Positions 52,551 to 63,746 of a stretch of 64,000 bases of DNA are shown here, piece after piece. Every line of letters begins with the position of its first letter. Within the stretch, counting starts at the first letter, position 1. Under the pieces are notes generated by a model, which saw nothing but the letters and a program-made list of their open reading frames with translations, did no database searches and was not told the DNA's origin. Source of the stretch: Mayamaea pseudoterrestris (lineage: Eukaryota); NCBI GenBank assembly GCA_027923505.1, contig BROI01000025.1:372001-436000 (forward strand), in the 5' to 3' direction. Position numbers and translations under genes: made by a program.

Positions 52551-53009
52551 ATGAAACGAGTGCCAGTGAAAACGAAGCCAAAAGGCTTATGTATGAAACG
52601 GGTGCCAGTGAAAACGAAGCCTAAAGGCTTATGTACGAAACAAGTGCCAGTGAGAACGAAGCCTAAAGGCCTATGTAAGAAACGAGTGCCAGTGAAAACG
52701 AAGCCGAAAGGCATATGTACGAAACGAGTGCCAGTGAAAACGAAGCCTAAGGGGTTATGTATAAAACGAGTGCCAGTGAAAACGAAGCCAAAGGGGTTAT
52801 GTACGAAACAAGTGCCAGTGAAAACGAAGCCGAAAGGCATATGTACGAAACGAGTGCCAGTGAAAACGAAGCCTAAGGGGTTATGTATAAAACGAGGCCA
52901 ACAGCCAAGGGTTATACGAAAGGTGAACCAAAGATGTATGAAACGAGTGCCAGTGAAAACGAAGCCTAAAGGGGTTAAGTATGAAACGAGTGCCAGTGAA
53001 AATGAAGCC
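52551..53009. repeat. 42-bp tandem minisatellite (8 full copies, 1 degenerate, about 2 further partial copies)
   Basis: Unit approximately AYGAAACGAGTGCCAGTGAAAACGAAGCCTAAAGGCTTATGT, repeated head-to-tail between the divergent CSRNP-like and UBA3 genes. Confidence 0.95.
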
Positions 53010-53183
53010 TGAAGGGTGAGACGAGCGCTGCGTCTCCCACCATGGGAAATCTTCTCGACACATACGCTTTGCGGCAGCCGCTGCATATTCGCAAGTACCT
53101 TATTATAAAGCCTACGGTGCAATCGAAATTCAGTCATTTTTCGGTTATATACTTTCAATATAGCGTAATTGTAGTTTTGATCC

Positions 53184-54753
53184 ATGGCGAAGCGCTCTTT
53201 TGAAGGGCCGAACGATCAAACAGACAACAAGAAAGGATCTCCTCAGCCAATGGTACGTTTGGAAAACTCTTCTTGACCATAGACTAAGAATTAAATCTGT
53301 CGGCGGTAATCTTTCTCTGTATAACTTTCTTACGCACTGAGAATCTTCACACGAAAATCTACTTTCGCAGGAAATGGAAAGGTCTGCTGCAGCTACAACG
53401 AAAACCGCTTCCAATATGCGAGGATCGCTTCTTACACTATTAAATCGTCCATCACCATTTGCAAACGAGATGGGCACTCTTCCATGCGGTGAGTTTGAGC
53501 CTGTATCGCTTGCGACGCACAAGACGACTTCTGCCTTGGACTTTTGGACGTCGGTTGAAACGCCACTCTCCCTGACCAAGGTTTTGGTCGTTGGCGCTGG
53601 AGGGTTGGGATGCGAAATACTCAAGGACTTGGCCCTGAGTGGCATTCGCAATGTCCATGTGATTGATTTGGATACAATTGACGTGACAAACTTGAATCGG
53701 CAGTTTCTCTTTCGGCAAGCTGACGTCGGACAGTCAAAGGCATTCACTGCCGCTTCCTTTATCAACAAGCGCTGTCCGTGGATGCAAGTCACGCCACACC
53801 ATGGCAAGATTCAAGACAAAAATATTGACTTTTATGCATCTTTCAGTTGCGTCTTGTCGGGCCTTGACAATATTGAGGCGCGGCGATGGCTCAACGCCAC
53901 TATGGTTAAGCTAGTACAGACGGACGAGGACGGTGACATTGATCCTTCCACGATTATTCCTCTCATTGACGGTGGAACGGAAGCCTTTTCGGGTCAAGCT
54001 CGCTTGATACTCCCAAACCTGACGAGCTGCTTTGAGTGCACCATGGACTCGTTTCCGCCGCAGCAAACAACCTTTCCCTTGTGCACGATTGCTGAAACTC
54101 CACGCCGACCGGAGCACTGCATTGCGTACGCTTTGATTCTCCAGTGGCCCAAGGAGTTTCCCGACAAGAAGCTTGACAAGGATTCTGCCGAACACATGCA
54201 GTGGATTCATAAAAAGGCATTGGAGCGAGCAGAAACATATCAGATTCCTGGCGTGACGTATCAGCTCACGACTGGCGTTGTCAAGAACATTATACCAGCA
54301 GTGGCGAGTACGAACGCGATTATATCCGCCGCCTGTGTCAATGAAGCAGTCAAAATCCTGACCTACTGCTCGCAAACAATCAACTCTTACATGATGTATA
54401 TGGGCAGTGCGACCGGTATTTATTCCCATACATTCGAGTATCAAAAGCTGGAGCATTGTCCAGTTTGCTCACAAACGGTGATTCAGTTGCACACAACAAA
54501 ACATCAGACGCTTCGTGAGTTTATTCAGATTCATTTGACTGGCGGTGCGTCGTCTCTGCGGCTGACTTCACCGAGCCTTGCAGCGAGCAGTGGGACGACC
54601 CTGTACATGCCCAAGCCACCAGCCCTTGAGCAAGCAACCCGTCCAAACCTGGACATGCCTTTGTCATCCTTGATTGCTGACGGCGAAGAAGTGACTATTA
54701 CGGATCCCTTGTTGGAAAGTACTGCCATTACGGTTCAAATCCACTTTGAGTGA
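53184..54753 (+). CDS. UBA3: NEDD8-activating enzyme E1 catalytic subunit, 2 exons
   Basis: VGAGGLGCE, DTIDVTNLNRQFLFR, GLDNIEARRWLN, FPLCTIAETPR.PEHC, IIPAVASTNA. Exon 1 53184-53252, GTACGT..CAG intron 53253-53370. Confidence 0.95.
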
Positions 54754-55036
54754 AGCAGTATTGAGCAGATAAACATAAGCCTTGCCTTTTTGGTTGGCAA
54801 GAATTAAATGACAGGTTGTGGTTAGTGTAACTATGTACGTAATGTTTTTTTCCGTCGCTTTGGCAGTTGTGAAAAATATAAAGGACGCAACAAGTGCGTC
54901 GTAGTAAATTGGTGAGTACCGATGCGAGCTCAGAGTTTTGGGGCGCCGACGCGCCTCGTCTTGTGCCATTTCGCAAGATCCGCTCGAGGATAACGAGCCT
55001 CGATGCGAAACGTCCAACTGTCCTGTTACAATCATC

Positions 55037-56479
55037 ATGTCCCGTCCCATTGTCCCTCCAGCTGCACCCTTTCATGCAAGTGGCGCCAAGTCGAATAGCA
55101 AGACTAGCAAGACTAACAAGTCGGGCAAGGGAGCATCATCAGCCGCCGCCATGAAAAACAAGCATCAGTTTCGTCGTACACCTCGTCGCAGTCGACTGGA
55201 AATCATGAGCTCGCAGACAAAGCTCATCTTTCGCATCACTGCCTTTGCCTTGATAATGGGACAGCTGCTTTCAAAAACTTACTTTGACTACTTGCTTCCG
55301 CATGGACGGCCCGAAAAGCTTTCGGAACGACCCTCGCCACTGCCGATTGATCGAAACTCTGACTTGCTGCGGTTTCGTCATGGACGCACCCAACGAATCT
55401 ACGAGCGAGTCGAGGAGAATGTCAAGCCCAAACTGCATGGACCGGAGACTGTTGTGATAAATCCAAAGACTGGAGATTTGTACGTCATGACGGCAAATGC
55501 ACGATTGCTGCAGCTTAGTGATTTGGAAATAGACTCGAATGATGCAACTAGAGTCACAGCCAAGGCGACGGATTTACATTCCTTGGGAGCCGGCCGTCCA
55601 CTAGGAGGAGCGTTTACAGCAGATGGCAAGACTTTGTACGTTGCGGATGCTGTCCTGGGCTTGACGCGTCTGCATAATCCAACGGATCCTAAGGCCAAGG
55701 TAGAACTAGTTGTTGATACCATTGCTACCAAGAATACGAACGGAACACTTGTACACGAGCGACTCTGGTATGTTGATGATGTTTGCATTGGTCCAAAGTC
55801 GGGCAATGTTTACTTTACCGACGCGACAGACATTGCTCCGGAGCGATTTGGACACAAGCAAAAGGCACATTGGGATACGCTGTTTGCCTCCAAGCTTGAC
55901 TTGGTGCGCGGCAGGCCTATGGGTCGTGTTTTGGAATACAATCCTACGACTGATACTACTCGCGTGCTTGTAGGTGACCTGAATTTTGCCAATGGCATTG
56001 CCGTGGACAAGGATGAACAATATTTGATTGTGTCACAAACGTTTGGACCGCGTGTGTCCAAATACTATTTAAAGGGCGACAAAGCGGGCACTTTGGAAAC
56101 AATCTTGGGGCCCAACCAATTGACTGGTTATCCAGACGGAGCGGATTGTGCATGGGAGGGGAACCGAAAGTGTTACGCCGTCTTACCAAGTGCATTCTCC
56201 CCAATCCACGCCTTGTACAGCAAGCTACCCGACCCAATGGATCGCGTGTTGCGAGTCATTCTCTTGCTGCTACCTCGCTGGCTGGCTCCTCGAGTGCAAA
56301 AGTATGGCGGCATTGTCGAGTTTGACCCGATGACCAAGGTGCATCGGTATATCCAAGATCCGACTGGAAAAGACATTGCCATGCTTACGGGCGTCACAAT
56401 TTACAACAACAAGCTGTACTTGGGTTCGCTTGAGAATGATTACATTGGTGTTTACACACTGGAGGCTTCAGAGCTATAA
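55037..56479 (+). CDS. Strictosidine synthase-like / APMAP-type six-bladed beta-propeller, membrane-anchored
   Basis: HGPE, GRPLG, VYFTDA, GRVLEYNP, LNFANGIA, GYPDG, LYLGSL; N-terminal TM. The ORF is open from 54938. Confidence 0.88.
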   Translation: MSRPIVPPAAPFHASGAKSNSKTSKTNKSGKGASSAAAMKNKHQFRRTPRRSRLEIMSSQTKLIFRITAFALIMGQLLSKTYFDYLLPHGRPEKLSERPSPLPIDRNSDLLRFRHGRTQRIYERVEENVKPKLHGPETVVINPKTGDLYVMTANARLLQLSDLEIDSNDATRVTAKATDLHSLGAGRPLGGAFTADGKTLYVADAVLGLTRLHNPTDPKAKVELVVDTIATKNTNGTLVHERLWYVDDVCIGPKSGNVYFTDATDIAPERFGHKQKAHWDTLFASKLDLVRGRPMGRVLEYNPTTDTTRVLVGDLNFANGIAVDKDEQYLIVSQTFGPRVSKYYLKGDKAGTLETILGPNQLTGYPDGADCAWEGNRKCYAVLPSAFSPIHALYSKLPDPMDRVLRVILLLLPRWLAPRVQKYGGIVEFDPMTKVHRYIQDPTGKDIAMLTGVTIYNNKLYLGSLENDYIGVYTLEASEL

Positions 56480-56588
56480 CAGATACATAGATAAGCTGAG
56501 GCATAAAGCTCTGTAAAGCATTGTACTGTTATCACATTTCTACTGTATATACAATATATTCAAAATTGAGTGGACGAGCCACCTTCAC

Positions 56589-59500
56589 CTACGTGTGACG
56601 CGTCCATTGGGCAGGCAAACTTATGCGTCTGGATGTCGGGTCTTTGGGCAACTTTCGATAAAGCTCTGGTACAAACTCTCTCAGAGCTGCCAACACTCGG
56701 CTGCTGACAAAGCCTTCTGCGCTGCACCGCTGCAAAATGACGCCTGCAATGCGATTACGCTCATCCATGTTGGCCAAATGTCGACCAATAACTTGGAAAA
56801 AGTTGACATAAATGTAAGAGTTCGGCTTCACGCCGCATGATCCATCCGTCAGGGCAGTCATGACTTGCAGAGCGATATGTACGGCGTCTTGCGAGTGGTC
56901 GTTGTGCGTGTAGGCACACGCATTCAAGACTGCCGCGAATGCGTGAGCGCTCGGCTTGCTATCCAAGTCGCCACGCTGTTGATACCCCTTCATGAGTCGT
57001 TGGAGCAAGCCCCACGCGACAGCAGCCTTGTTAGAATGATTGCTCTTGGCGTATGCATGAATTAGTATGGTTGTACAACGAGCGTCCGGTTTCGCCGCGT
57101 GATTGCCGCTCTCATTTGCGTCTGTCATCTCCCGCATTAGTTCCTCGAGCTTGTCCAGCGTGTATGAACCTATTTCGAGATTGCTTTTCAAGTGAGCAGT
57201 CATGACCGACGAATATAGCTTCTTGTCGGGTGCATGTGCAATGCCATAGCGCGATGCGCGCTTCACCCGATCAAGAATCTTGTCGGCTTCTTGGCCAGCG
57301 ATTGATGGATTATTGTGTATCCATGCGGCAATCAACGCTTGGTAGGGTGCCGCTCCAAGAAGGCCAAGGGAATCGTCTCCTCGTCCGGTCAGGGTTTCGA
57401 GTCGGTCGAGTATTAACTCGCATTTCACATGGCCGTCTGAAACGCTGCTCCACGCGTACATGGACGAGACAAGACAAGGCAAATCCGGTGTTACAGTTTT
57501 ATTCTTCTGCATTTCATTCAAAAGATTCTCAATGGTCTCCGCTGCTTCAGCGGTACCAAGACGGCTGAGCGATTTAAAAAGAACTTGGTAAATCCTTAGA
57601 TCGGGCTCCACTCCATCGCCTCTCAAATCGTCGAGGATTTGCTTAGCTTTGTTTGGTGTCATAGAATTGTCAGTCAATATTAAGGTCGTGTAATGCACCA
57701 CGCTTGGTTTCAAGTTTGCGTCTCCGTCAGTCTGCTGTTTGAGCCGGTCAAAAATTCGCTGACACTGTGCTGAAGCCTGTGGATGTCGCGATCGACTCCA
57801 TGCCACCATGACGGATGCATAATCGTGAGCTGACAATGTTACGATTTCCTTTTCCAGTGTCTTTTGCCAGATACCCATGGCTTGCTGCGCTGCTGGAGCA
57901 GTCCCAATCTTGGCGAGCGCCTTGAGTTGAACTGAAAAGGACTTGGAATTTCGACGGATTTTAGGATTCGATGTCATTTCTTTCCAAAGCCTGCTGACTC
58001 GATGTGGTTTATCTGCGTCATAATTTGCCTCCATTAGCAAATTCCAATGAAAGGTGTCCGTGTCTGAATCCACAACAACATTGCTCTGACGCAGAGTAAT
58101 ATGCTTCGCTTCCATTAGCTCCAACAGTTCTTGTCTATATGCTTTGGAGGACGTTGAAAATTCCGCTCCTTTGAAAGCCAAAATTGCCAAGTAATAAAGA
58201 TGCAGCGTCGGCAAGTCATTCGGATACATGGACCGGAGCGGCTCGAGCAACGCCTTGACAACATCTTCACGCTCCATCACAGAAAGCAACGTAGATGCTT
58301 GCAGTACTCGCGTGAGGGTCTTGATAAAACGCTCGCAAAGGTCAGTCTGCTGATTGCTGGCAGCTGCCGCCGCGAGAATCTCAGCTTGCTTTTCGGAAGA
58401 CGCTAGTACATCGCGCAGGCGCCAAAGCAACTCCGTCCAAACGTTAGTGGCAATTCCTTGGTCTGATGACTGACACAAGCAGTCAAGTCCGTTACACAGT
58501 ATCTGCACGTGCCTTAACAAGTCCTCCTTTTGTAGTGTAGTCTGCTTGTTTTTCGCAATGAGTCCATCTGCCTGCTTTATAGTTTGAAGCATGCTGGTTC
58601 GAATTGACATTACTTCATCACCTGCCAACGTATTACCTCCTCCTGTTGCAGGCAACATTGCCACATTCGCCAAGCAGTCCGACACGAGTGCATACGTTGT
58701 CAGCGTTGGCGTCATGTAGTATCCCGTCTCCTGCAAATGCTCAAGGACTTCCATGGCGATGCGCGCCACCGTAAGCTTTGCATCAAGACTGTCACTACTT
58801 TCGGCCAGCGCTGCTGCTTTCGACATTGTGTTACAATCATCACTGCGTATAGCTGCATTTTGTTTCTGTTTCCCGCTGGACCTAAAGACGCGGAGAAGCA
58901 AGTGGTAATCGTCGAGCGAGGCTGCCAGTTCCAAGTCTCCTCCAAGCGTTTCGTTCCAGTCGTTCATCACCTGAAGCGCGCGGGTCGAGTACGACTCGCA
59001 ATCGTTAAGTTGCGCAACATGAGCATATACTTGCAGCATGACGCGATGTGGAAGGCTGCTCGACGGACTGTCACTGCTACTTGATGATGGCGTGCCAGCA
59101 ATAGCCTTGTCAAGGTTCTGCCAAACTTGATACAAGTCATGCATGCGCTCCAGTGCGTCGGCTACTGTCAATGATCTGTCGCTATCAGTTGAGGCTTCTT
59201 CAACGTGATTCGACGCGAGCAATGCATCCCGCCACTGCACCAGCAAGTCTTGTATTTGTGCGCGTTGCGTAAGGTCTGAATGCGAGGCAGTTTCGGCTAG
59301 TAGTCGCTTGGACTGATGCTCCAGGTCTTGCAGTCGCATTGCGCTTTTCGACAACAGTGAATTAGATTGAGAGCTGCTCCATCTTGTATTCGCATGAATG
59401 AACCCGCGACGCTCGACTGATCTAGAAGGATGCAACAGAAAGGACGAGGCTGTCCAAGGCGATGATGCTCCTGCTGGTGCAAAGTTAAACGCTTCACTTT

Positions 59501-59708
59501 TCATGTTGAAGCGATTAGCGCTTCTCCATCGTTTCGAGTCCAAGTGATTAAAAGCTGCTCGAGATGAGGAATGGAATAAATTTGGCGGGTCCTTGATGAG
59601 TGCTGGAAATGTTAACGCGTCATTTGGTCTTTGTCGTCGTCGACGAGTAGGTGTTTGGCCGTCGAGCAGTCGTCGGCGCCCTTTTAGAAGAAGAAACTTT
59701 CGCAGCAT
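56589..59708 (-). CDS. Pentatricopeptide repeat protein, probably organelle-targeted
   Basis: Repeated PPR-like helices (PSVVHYTTLI, PDLRIYQVLFKSL, PDKKLYSSVMTAH, PDARCTTILIHAYAK, PSAHAFAAVLNACA). Arg/Ser-rich presequence. Confidence 0.85.
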   Translation of the reverse strand: MLRKFLLLKGRRRLLDGQTPTRRRRQRPNDALTFPALIKDPPNLFHSSSRAAFNHLDSKRWRSANRFNMKSEAFNFAPAGASSPWTASSFLLHPSRSVERRGFIHANTRWSSSQSNSLLSKSAMRLQDLEHQSKRLLAETASHSDLTQRAQIQDLLVQWRDALLASNHVEEASTDSDRSLTVADALERMHDLYQVWQNLDKAIAGTPSSSSSDSPSSSLPHRVMLQVYAHVAQLNDCESYSTRALQVMNDWNETLGGDLELAASLDDYHLLLRVFRSSGKQKQNAAIRSDDCNTMSKAAALAESSDSLDAKLTVARIAMEVLEHLQETGYYMTPTLTTYALVSDCLANVAMLPATGGGNTLAGDEVMSIRTSMLQTIKQADGLIAKNKQTTLQKEDLLRHVQILCNGLDCLCQSSDQGIATNVWTELLWRLRDVLASSEKQAEILAAAAASNQQTDLCERFIKTLTRVLQASTLLSVMEREDVVKALLEPLRSMYPNDLPTLHLYYLAILAFKGAEFSTSSKAYRQELLELMEAKHITLRQSNVVVDSDTDTFHWNLLMEANYDADKPHRVSRLWKEMTSNPKIRRNSKSFSVQLKALAKIGTAPAAQQAMGIWQKTLEKEIVTLSAHDYASVMVAWSRSRHPQASAQCQRIFDRLKQQTDGDANLKPSVVHYTTLILTDNSMTPNKAKQILDDLRGDGVEPDLRIYQVLFKSLSRLGTAEAAETIENLLNEMQKNKTVTPDLPCLVSSMYAWSSVSDGHVKCELILDRLETLTGRGDDSLGLLGAAPYQALIAAWIHNNPSIAGQEADKILDRVKRASRYGIAHAPDKKLYSSVMTAHLKSNLEIGSYTLDKLEELMREMTDANESGNHAAKPDARCTTILIHAYAKSNHSNKAAVAWGLLQRLMKGYQQRGDLDSKPSAHAFAAVLNACAYTHNDHSQDAVHIALQVMTALTDGSCGVKPNSYIYVNFFQVIGRHLANMDERNRIAGVILQRCSAEGFVSSRVLAALREFVPELYRKLPKDPTSRRISLPAQWTRHT

Positions 59709-60052
59709 CTTCCGACACTGTTTATCAGTACTTTGATACTATATTTAGTAGTTGGGTCAATATATGCGGCTCATTTGTAACGAGACGATAGAATAGAGCA
59801 AGAGCAAGAAATGTGCGACGAGCGACGAATGAGTTGGCTCGTCAAAACCGCTGCGATTGAAAATGAGTACCGTTACGGGAGTCGACACGAGCGCGCGACG
59901 AAAGAGAGGCGCGACGCCTTTCGTCATCGTCAAACGGACCATCAGTCTTGCTTGCATATGACAGTCTTGCTTGCATATGAATGTGACTATTGGAGAGCCT
60001 TCTCTATTCTGTATCGCTATAAATATACTGCATCGTCTAGCTAGTAGTCATC

Positions 60053-62452
60053 ATGGGAGTTATACAGCATGATGACGACGATGCGTTCATTGAGCCTATA
60101 TCTGCGACAATCGTCGAGGCCTTTCCCGAACAGCAACAAGCCCAAGGGAACAGTATTAACGAAGCGCCTCCAACGGTTGTGGCGGGTGCTGCTAATCCGT
60201 CTATGCATGACATGGAATCGCAGCAGCAAGACCCTTACGCCGAACATTTCGCCGAGCAGTACATGGAGCCGCAGCAGCACCAGTCACTGAGCAACAATAG
60301 TAACGATTTCTCCGTTTCCGAATCGTCCATTCGTCGACGAACCTTTTTGTCGCGCCATCGCCAAGACTTGGATCATTTGGAGACGGACGCGGCGCACAAT
60401 TGCTCGCATCCCATTCCGGAACCGACGCGTCCATTGGAAGCGCAGAATCCGCAGATGCAACAACAGACGGCGACGAGAGACTCGCTCGATCGATGGGATC
60501 GCATACAATCCACCATGACAAACTTTACGCAACTACCAAAGACTCCGGATGCACTCTTGACATTTTTTCTTCCAGCGTGGAGATGGCTCAAGCAGTACAA
60601 TTTAAAGACATCCTTGCGCAAGGACATTATTGCCGGCTTGACGGTGGGAGTCATGGTCATTCCGCAAGGCATGAGTTACGCCAAGCTGGCCGGCCTGCCC
60701 GTTCAGTTTGGACTATACTCGGCCATTATTCCAGTGTACATGTACGCACTCTTTGGATCCAGTCGGCAGCTCGCCATTGGACCAGTCAGTATGATTGCGC
60801 TGCTGCTGAATACTGGTTTGACGACGATTATGCGAAACAATTATGCGCAAGTTTCCGAAGCAAAATATCAATCCATTTACTTGCAGCTGGCACTGCAAAC
60901 CAGCTTTTTGGTGGGACTTATCAACATTTTTCTGGGTTTGGCGCGCTTGGGGTTTGTTACCAATTTCCTCTCGCGCGCCGTCATTTCGGGTTTCACGACG
61001 GGAGCCGCCGTCATTATTGGATGCACGCAGCTGCCCAGCATTTTTGGCTTTGGCGTCACTTACGACTCGATCAAGATTCACAAAATACTGCAAGCATTTT
61101 TTCGAAACATTCATCAAACCAACTGGAAATCGTTCGTTTTGGGAACAGTGTCAGTGTTGCTCCTGGTGTTGCTCAAGCATATAGGCAAGGCGCGACGAAA
61201 GTATCGATGGGTGCAGGCGCTTGGTCCGTTGACAGTCACAGTGATTGGCATTGTATTTACGGTTGGTATGGATTTGGATGTTGATGCAAATATTTCGGTT
61301 GTGGAAGACATCCCAAAGGGCTTTCCACAAGTCAGTGCACGCGACATTTTTCCAATGGATCACTTTCGCGAACTGATACTACCAGTCATTAGCATTACCT
61401 TGTTCGGATTCATGGAAAGCGTGGCCATTGCCAAGCGGCTAGCAGCGACGCACCGCTACGAGATTGACAGTAGTTTGGAGCTGATTGGATTGGGCGTGGC
61501 CAACTTGTCGGGCAGCATGTTTCAAGCCTTTCCAGTCACTGGGTCGTTTAGTCGATCAACTATTAACAACGACTGCGGAGCCGAGTCGGGTATTGCTGGA
61601 GTCGTGACGGCGACACTAGTTTTGGTGGTTGTGATCTTTTTTGTAAAGATCTTTGAGCGTTTGCCCCTTTGCACGCTCTCGGCCATTGTCATGTCGGGTG
61701 TCTTTGGCTTATTAGACTACGCGGAAGCAATCAAGCTTTGGAAGGTCCACAAGAAAGATTTTGTCTGTTGGATGTGCGCCTTTGTTGGAACATTGTTTTC
61801 AGGTGTCGAGATTGGCTTGCTGCTGAGCATTGGGGTCTCTGTGCTCATTGTTTTGTACGAGAGCGCTTACCCGCATACGGCCGTTCTTGGTCGACTGCCG
61901 TCAACGTCCGTTTACCGCAACATTAAGCAGTACCCCGACGCGGAGGAATACATCGGCATACTCATTATTCGCGTCGACGCTCCGTTGTATTTTGCGAACG
62001 CTCAGAACGTTCGTGAGAAGATTCGCAAGTACCGACTGGCGGCGGAGGAAGACACGGCTTACGAGCATGGTGACGTCAAGTTTTTGATTCTTGATTTGAC
62101 CCCAGTCTCACACATTGATACGACGGCTCTTCATTGTTTGGAAGACATGTGCGACAATTACAAATCACGCAACCAGCAACTCTGCTTCTGCAATCCCAGT
62201 TTGGTCGTCATGAAGCGTTTTGACGACATTGGTTTTACGGAAAAGGTCGGCCGCAAGTTCTTCTTTTCTTGCACACATGACGCAGTCAAATGGTGCTTGG
62301 CAGAAATGGACACGGATGCCACTTCGGCGCACGAAACACAACTGCAGACGAGCGACGGGGCACACGGGTCACGGACGAATTGCAACGACGACCTTGGTTG
62401 CCCGGTTCGTGTCACTAGGTTAGCTCCTTTGGAGGTTGTCTTTGACGCGTAG
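60053..62452 (+). CDS. sulP: SulP/SLC26 anion (sulfate/bicarbonate) transporter with STAS domain
   Basis: DIIAGLTVGVMVIPQGMSYAKLAGLP..FGLYS, GSSRQLAIGP, GSFSRS; STAS motifs RVDAPLYFAN and ILDLTPVSHIDTTAL. Confidence 0.95.
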   Translation: MGVIQHDDDDAFIEPISATIVEAFPEQQQAQGNSINEAPPTVVAGAANPSMHDMESQQQDPYAEHFAEQYMEPQQHQSLSNNSNDFSVSESSIRRRTFLSRHRQDLDHLETDAAHNCSHPIPEPTRPLEAQNPQMQQQTATRDSLDRWDRIQSTMTNFTQLPKTPDALLTFFLPAWRWLKQYNLKTSLRKDIIAGLTVGVMVIPQGMSYAKLAGLPVQFGLYSAIIPVYMYALFGSSRQLAIGPVSMIALLLNTGLTTIMRNNYAQVSEAKYQSIYLQLALQTSFLVGLINIFLGLARLGFVTNFLSRAVISGFTTGAAVIIGCTQLPSIFGFGVTYDSIKIHKILQAFFRNIHQTNWKSFVLGTVSVLLLVLLKHIGKARRKYRWVQALGPLTVTVIGIVFTVGMDLDVDANISVVEDIPKGFPQVSARDIFPMDHFRELILPVISITLFGFMESVAIAKRLAATHRYEIDSSLELIGLGVANLSGSMFQAFPVTGSFSRSTINNDCGAESGIAGVVTATLVLVVVIFFVKIFERLPLCTLSAIVMSGVFGLLDYAEAIKLWKVHKKDFVCWMCAFVGTLFSGVEIGLLLSIGVSVLIVLYESAYPHTAVLGRLPSTSVYRNIKQYPDAEEYIGILIIRVDAPLYFANAQNVREKIRKYRLAAEEDTAYEHGDVKFLILDLTPVSHIDTTALHCLEDMCDNYKSRNQQLCFCNPSLVVMKRFDDIGFTEKVGRKFFFSCTHDAVKWCLAEMDTDATSAHETQLQTSDGAHGSRTNCNDDLGCPVRVTRLAPLEVVFDA

Positions 62453-63039
62453 ATTGCTTGTTTTCTGCAGTAAAACACCACCTTTATCTAACGAAGTATT
62501 AGAAAAAGGTTGCACAATCAATTGCATGTACAGGTACAAGGTTTGCTGTGTCAAGCACACTGAAGCGTCCAAAGCATGTGGAGCACAAGTCTTAGCAAGC
62601 AGCAACCTTAATTTTGAAAACCCATATAGTCATGTATCGGCCAAAATTTAATTGGATGGTTTCAATAATATTGATCTACAAGATAGAATGCCTGGCTGGT
62701 GTCCCTGTAAACTGCAATGCCTTTGGTGAAAACTCCTCACAATTTCAGCTGCCAATTAGCCTATAATTAAAAAAATACGTAGAACCATTAGGTTCAAATC
62801 ACACAAGGATGGCGCCTACACCTTTGCTGAGTATGCTTTGCAAGGTAATTGCTTGGTAGTTCCCTAAGTAGACTGCAATGTGACTAGTGAGAACTTCTCA
62901 CAAGTCTCAGCCCACAGATGCGCGCGCTCATGGTGCTAAAATGTGGCCCTTTACCACTAACCCTGTAGTCCATTTCCATCCAATCTTGTTTGGCTATGCT
63001 TTGGGAGTAGTATGTGGTAAGATTGGTGCAGCTCCAAGA

Positions 63040-63744
63040 TAGTGATGAATGCATTGCACTTTTGACATCATAAAACAATGCCTGTCAAAGTTCAACTGCC
63101 AGCAATCAATTTACACCTCTCTGGCTGCTGGAGTGGGTTATGGCAGCCTGCTATGTTGGACAAGCCTGGGGACACGAAATTCTGGCAGTCCCTGTCAACG
63201 AACTTGAAGACTACATAGGCTAGTGCTTAATGGATTGCACTTTTGACATCATGAAACAATGCCTGTCAACTACCAGCTAACAATTTATACCTCTCTGGCT
63301 GCTGGAGTGGGTTATGGCAGCCTGCTATGTTGGACAAGCCTGGGGACATGAAATTCAGGCAGTCCCTGTCGCTGAACTTGGAGACTACATGGACTAGTGC
63401 TGAATGGATTGCACTTTTGACATCATGAAACAATGCCTGTCATTTGCCAGCAATCAATGTATACCTCTCTGGCTGTTAGAGTGGGTTATGGCAGCCAGCT
63501 ATTGTGGACAAGCCTGGGGACACGAAATTCTGGCAGTCCCTGTCACTGAACTTGGAAACTACATGGGCTAGTGATGAATGCATTGCACTTTTGACATCAT
63601 GAATCAATGCCTGTCAACTGCCAGCAATCAATGTATACCTCTCTGGCTGCTGGAGTGGGTTACGGCAGCCTGCTATGTTGGACAAGCCTGGGGACATGAA
63701 ATTCTGGCAGTCCCTGATGCTGAACTTGGAGACTACATGGACTA
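63040..63744. repeat. 174-bp tandem repeat, 4 copies
   Basis: Anchor TTGCACTTTTGACATCAT at 63054, 63235, 63409 and 63583 (spacing 181, 174, 174). Copies align along their length. Confidence 0.93.
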
Positions 63745-63746
63745 TT

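Noticed and set aside
52551..53009. CRISPR-like appearance of regularly spaced repeats
   Set aside because: The intervening 15-nt segments are near-identical rather than unique spacers, there are no cas genes, and the context is eukaryotic. It is a tandem repeat.
52271..53185. 304-aa minus-strand ORF (GFVFTGTRF repeats)
   Set aside because: Open mainly because the 42-bp unit lacks stops; it overlaps the CSRNP-like gene start out of frame.
60400..61284. 294-aa alternative-frame ORF inside SulP
   Set aside because: Shadow ORF of GC-rich coding sequence with no protein motifs.
62956..62965. CTAACCCT telomere-like motif
   Set aside because: Single copy, not an array.
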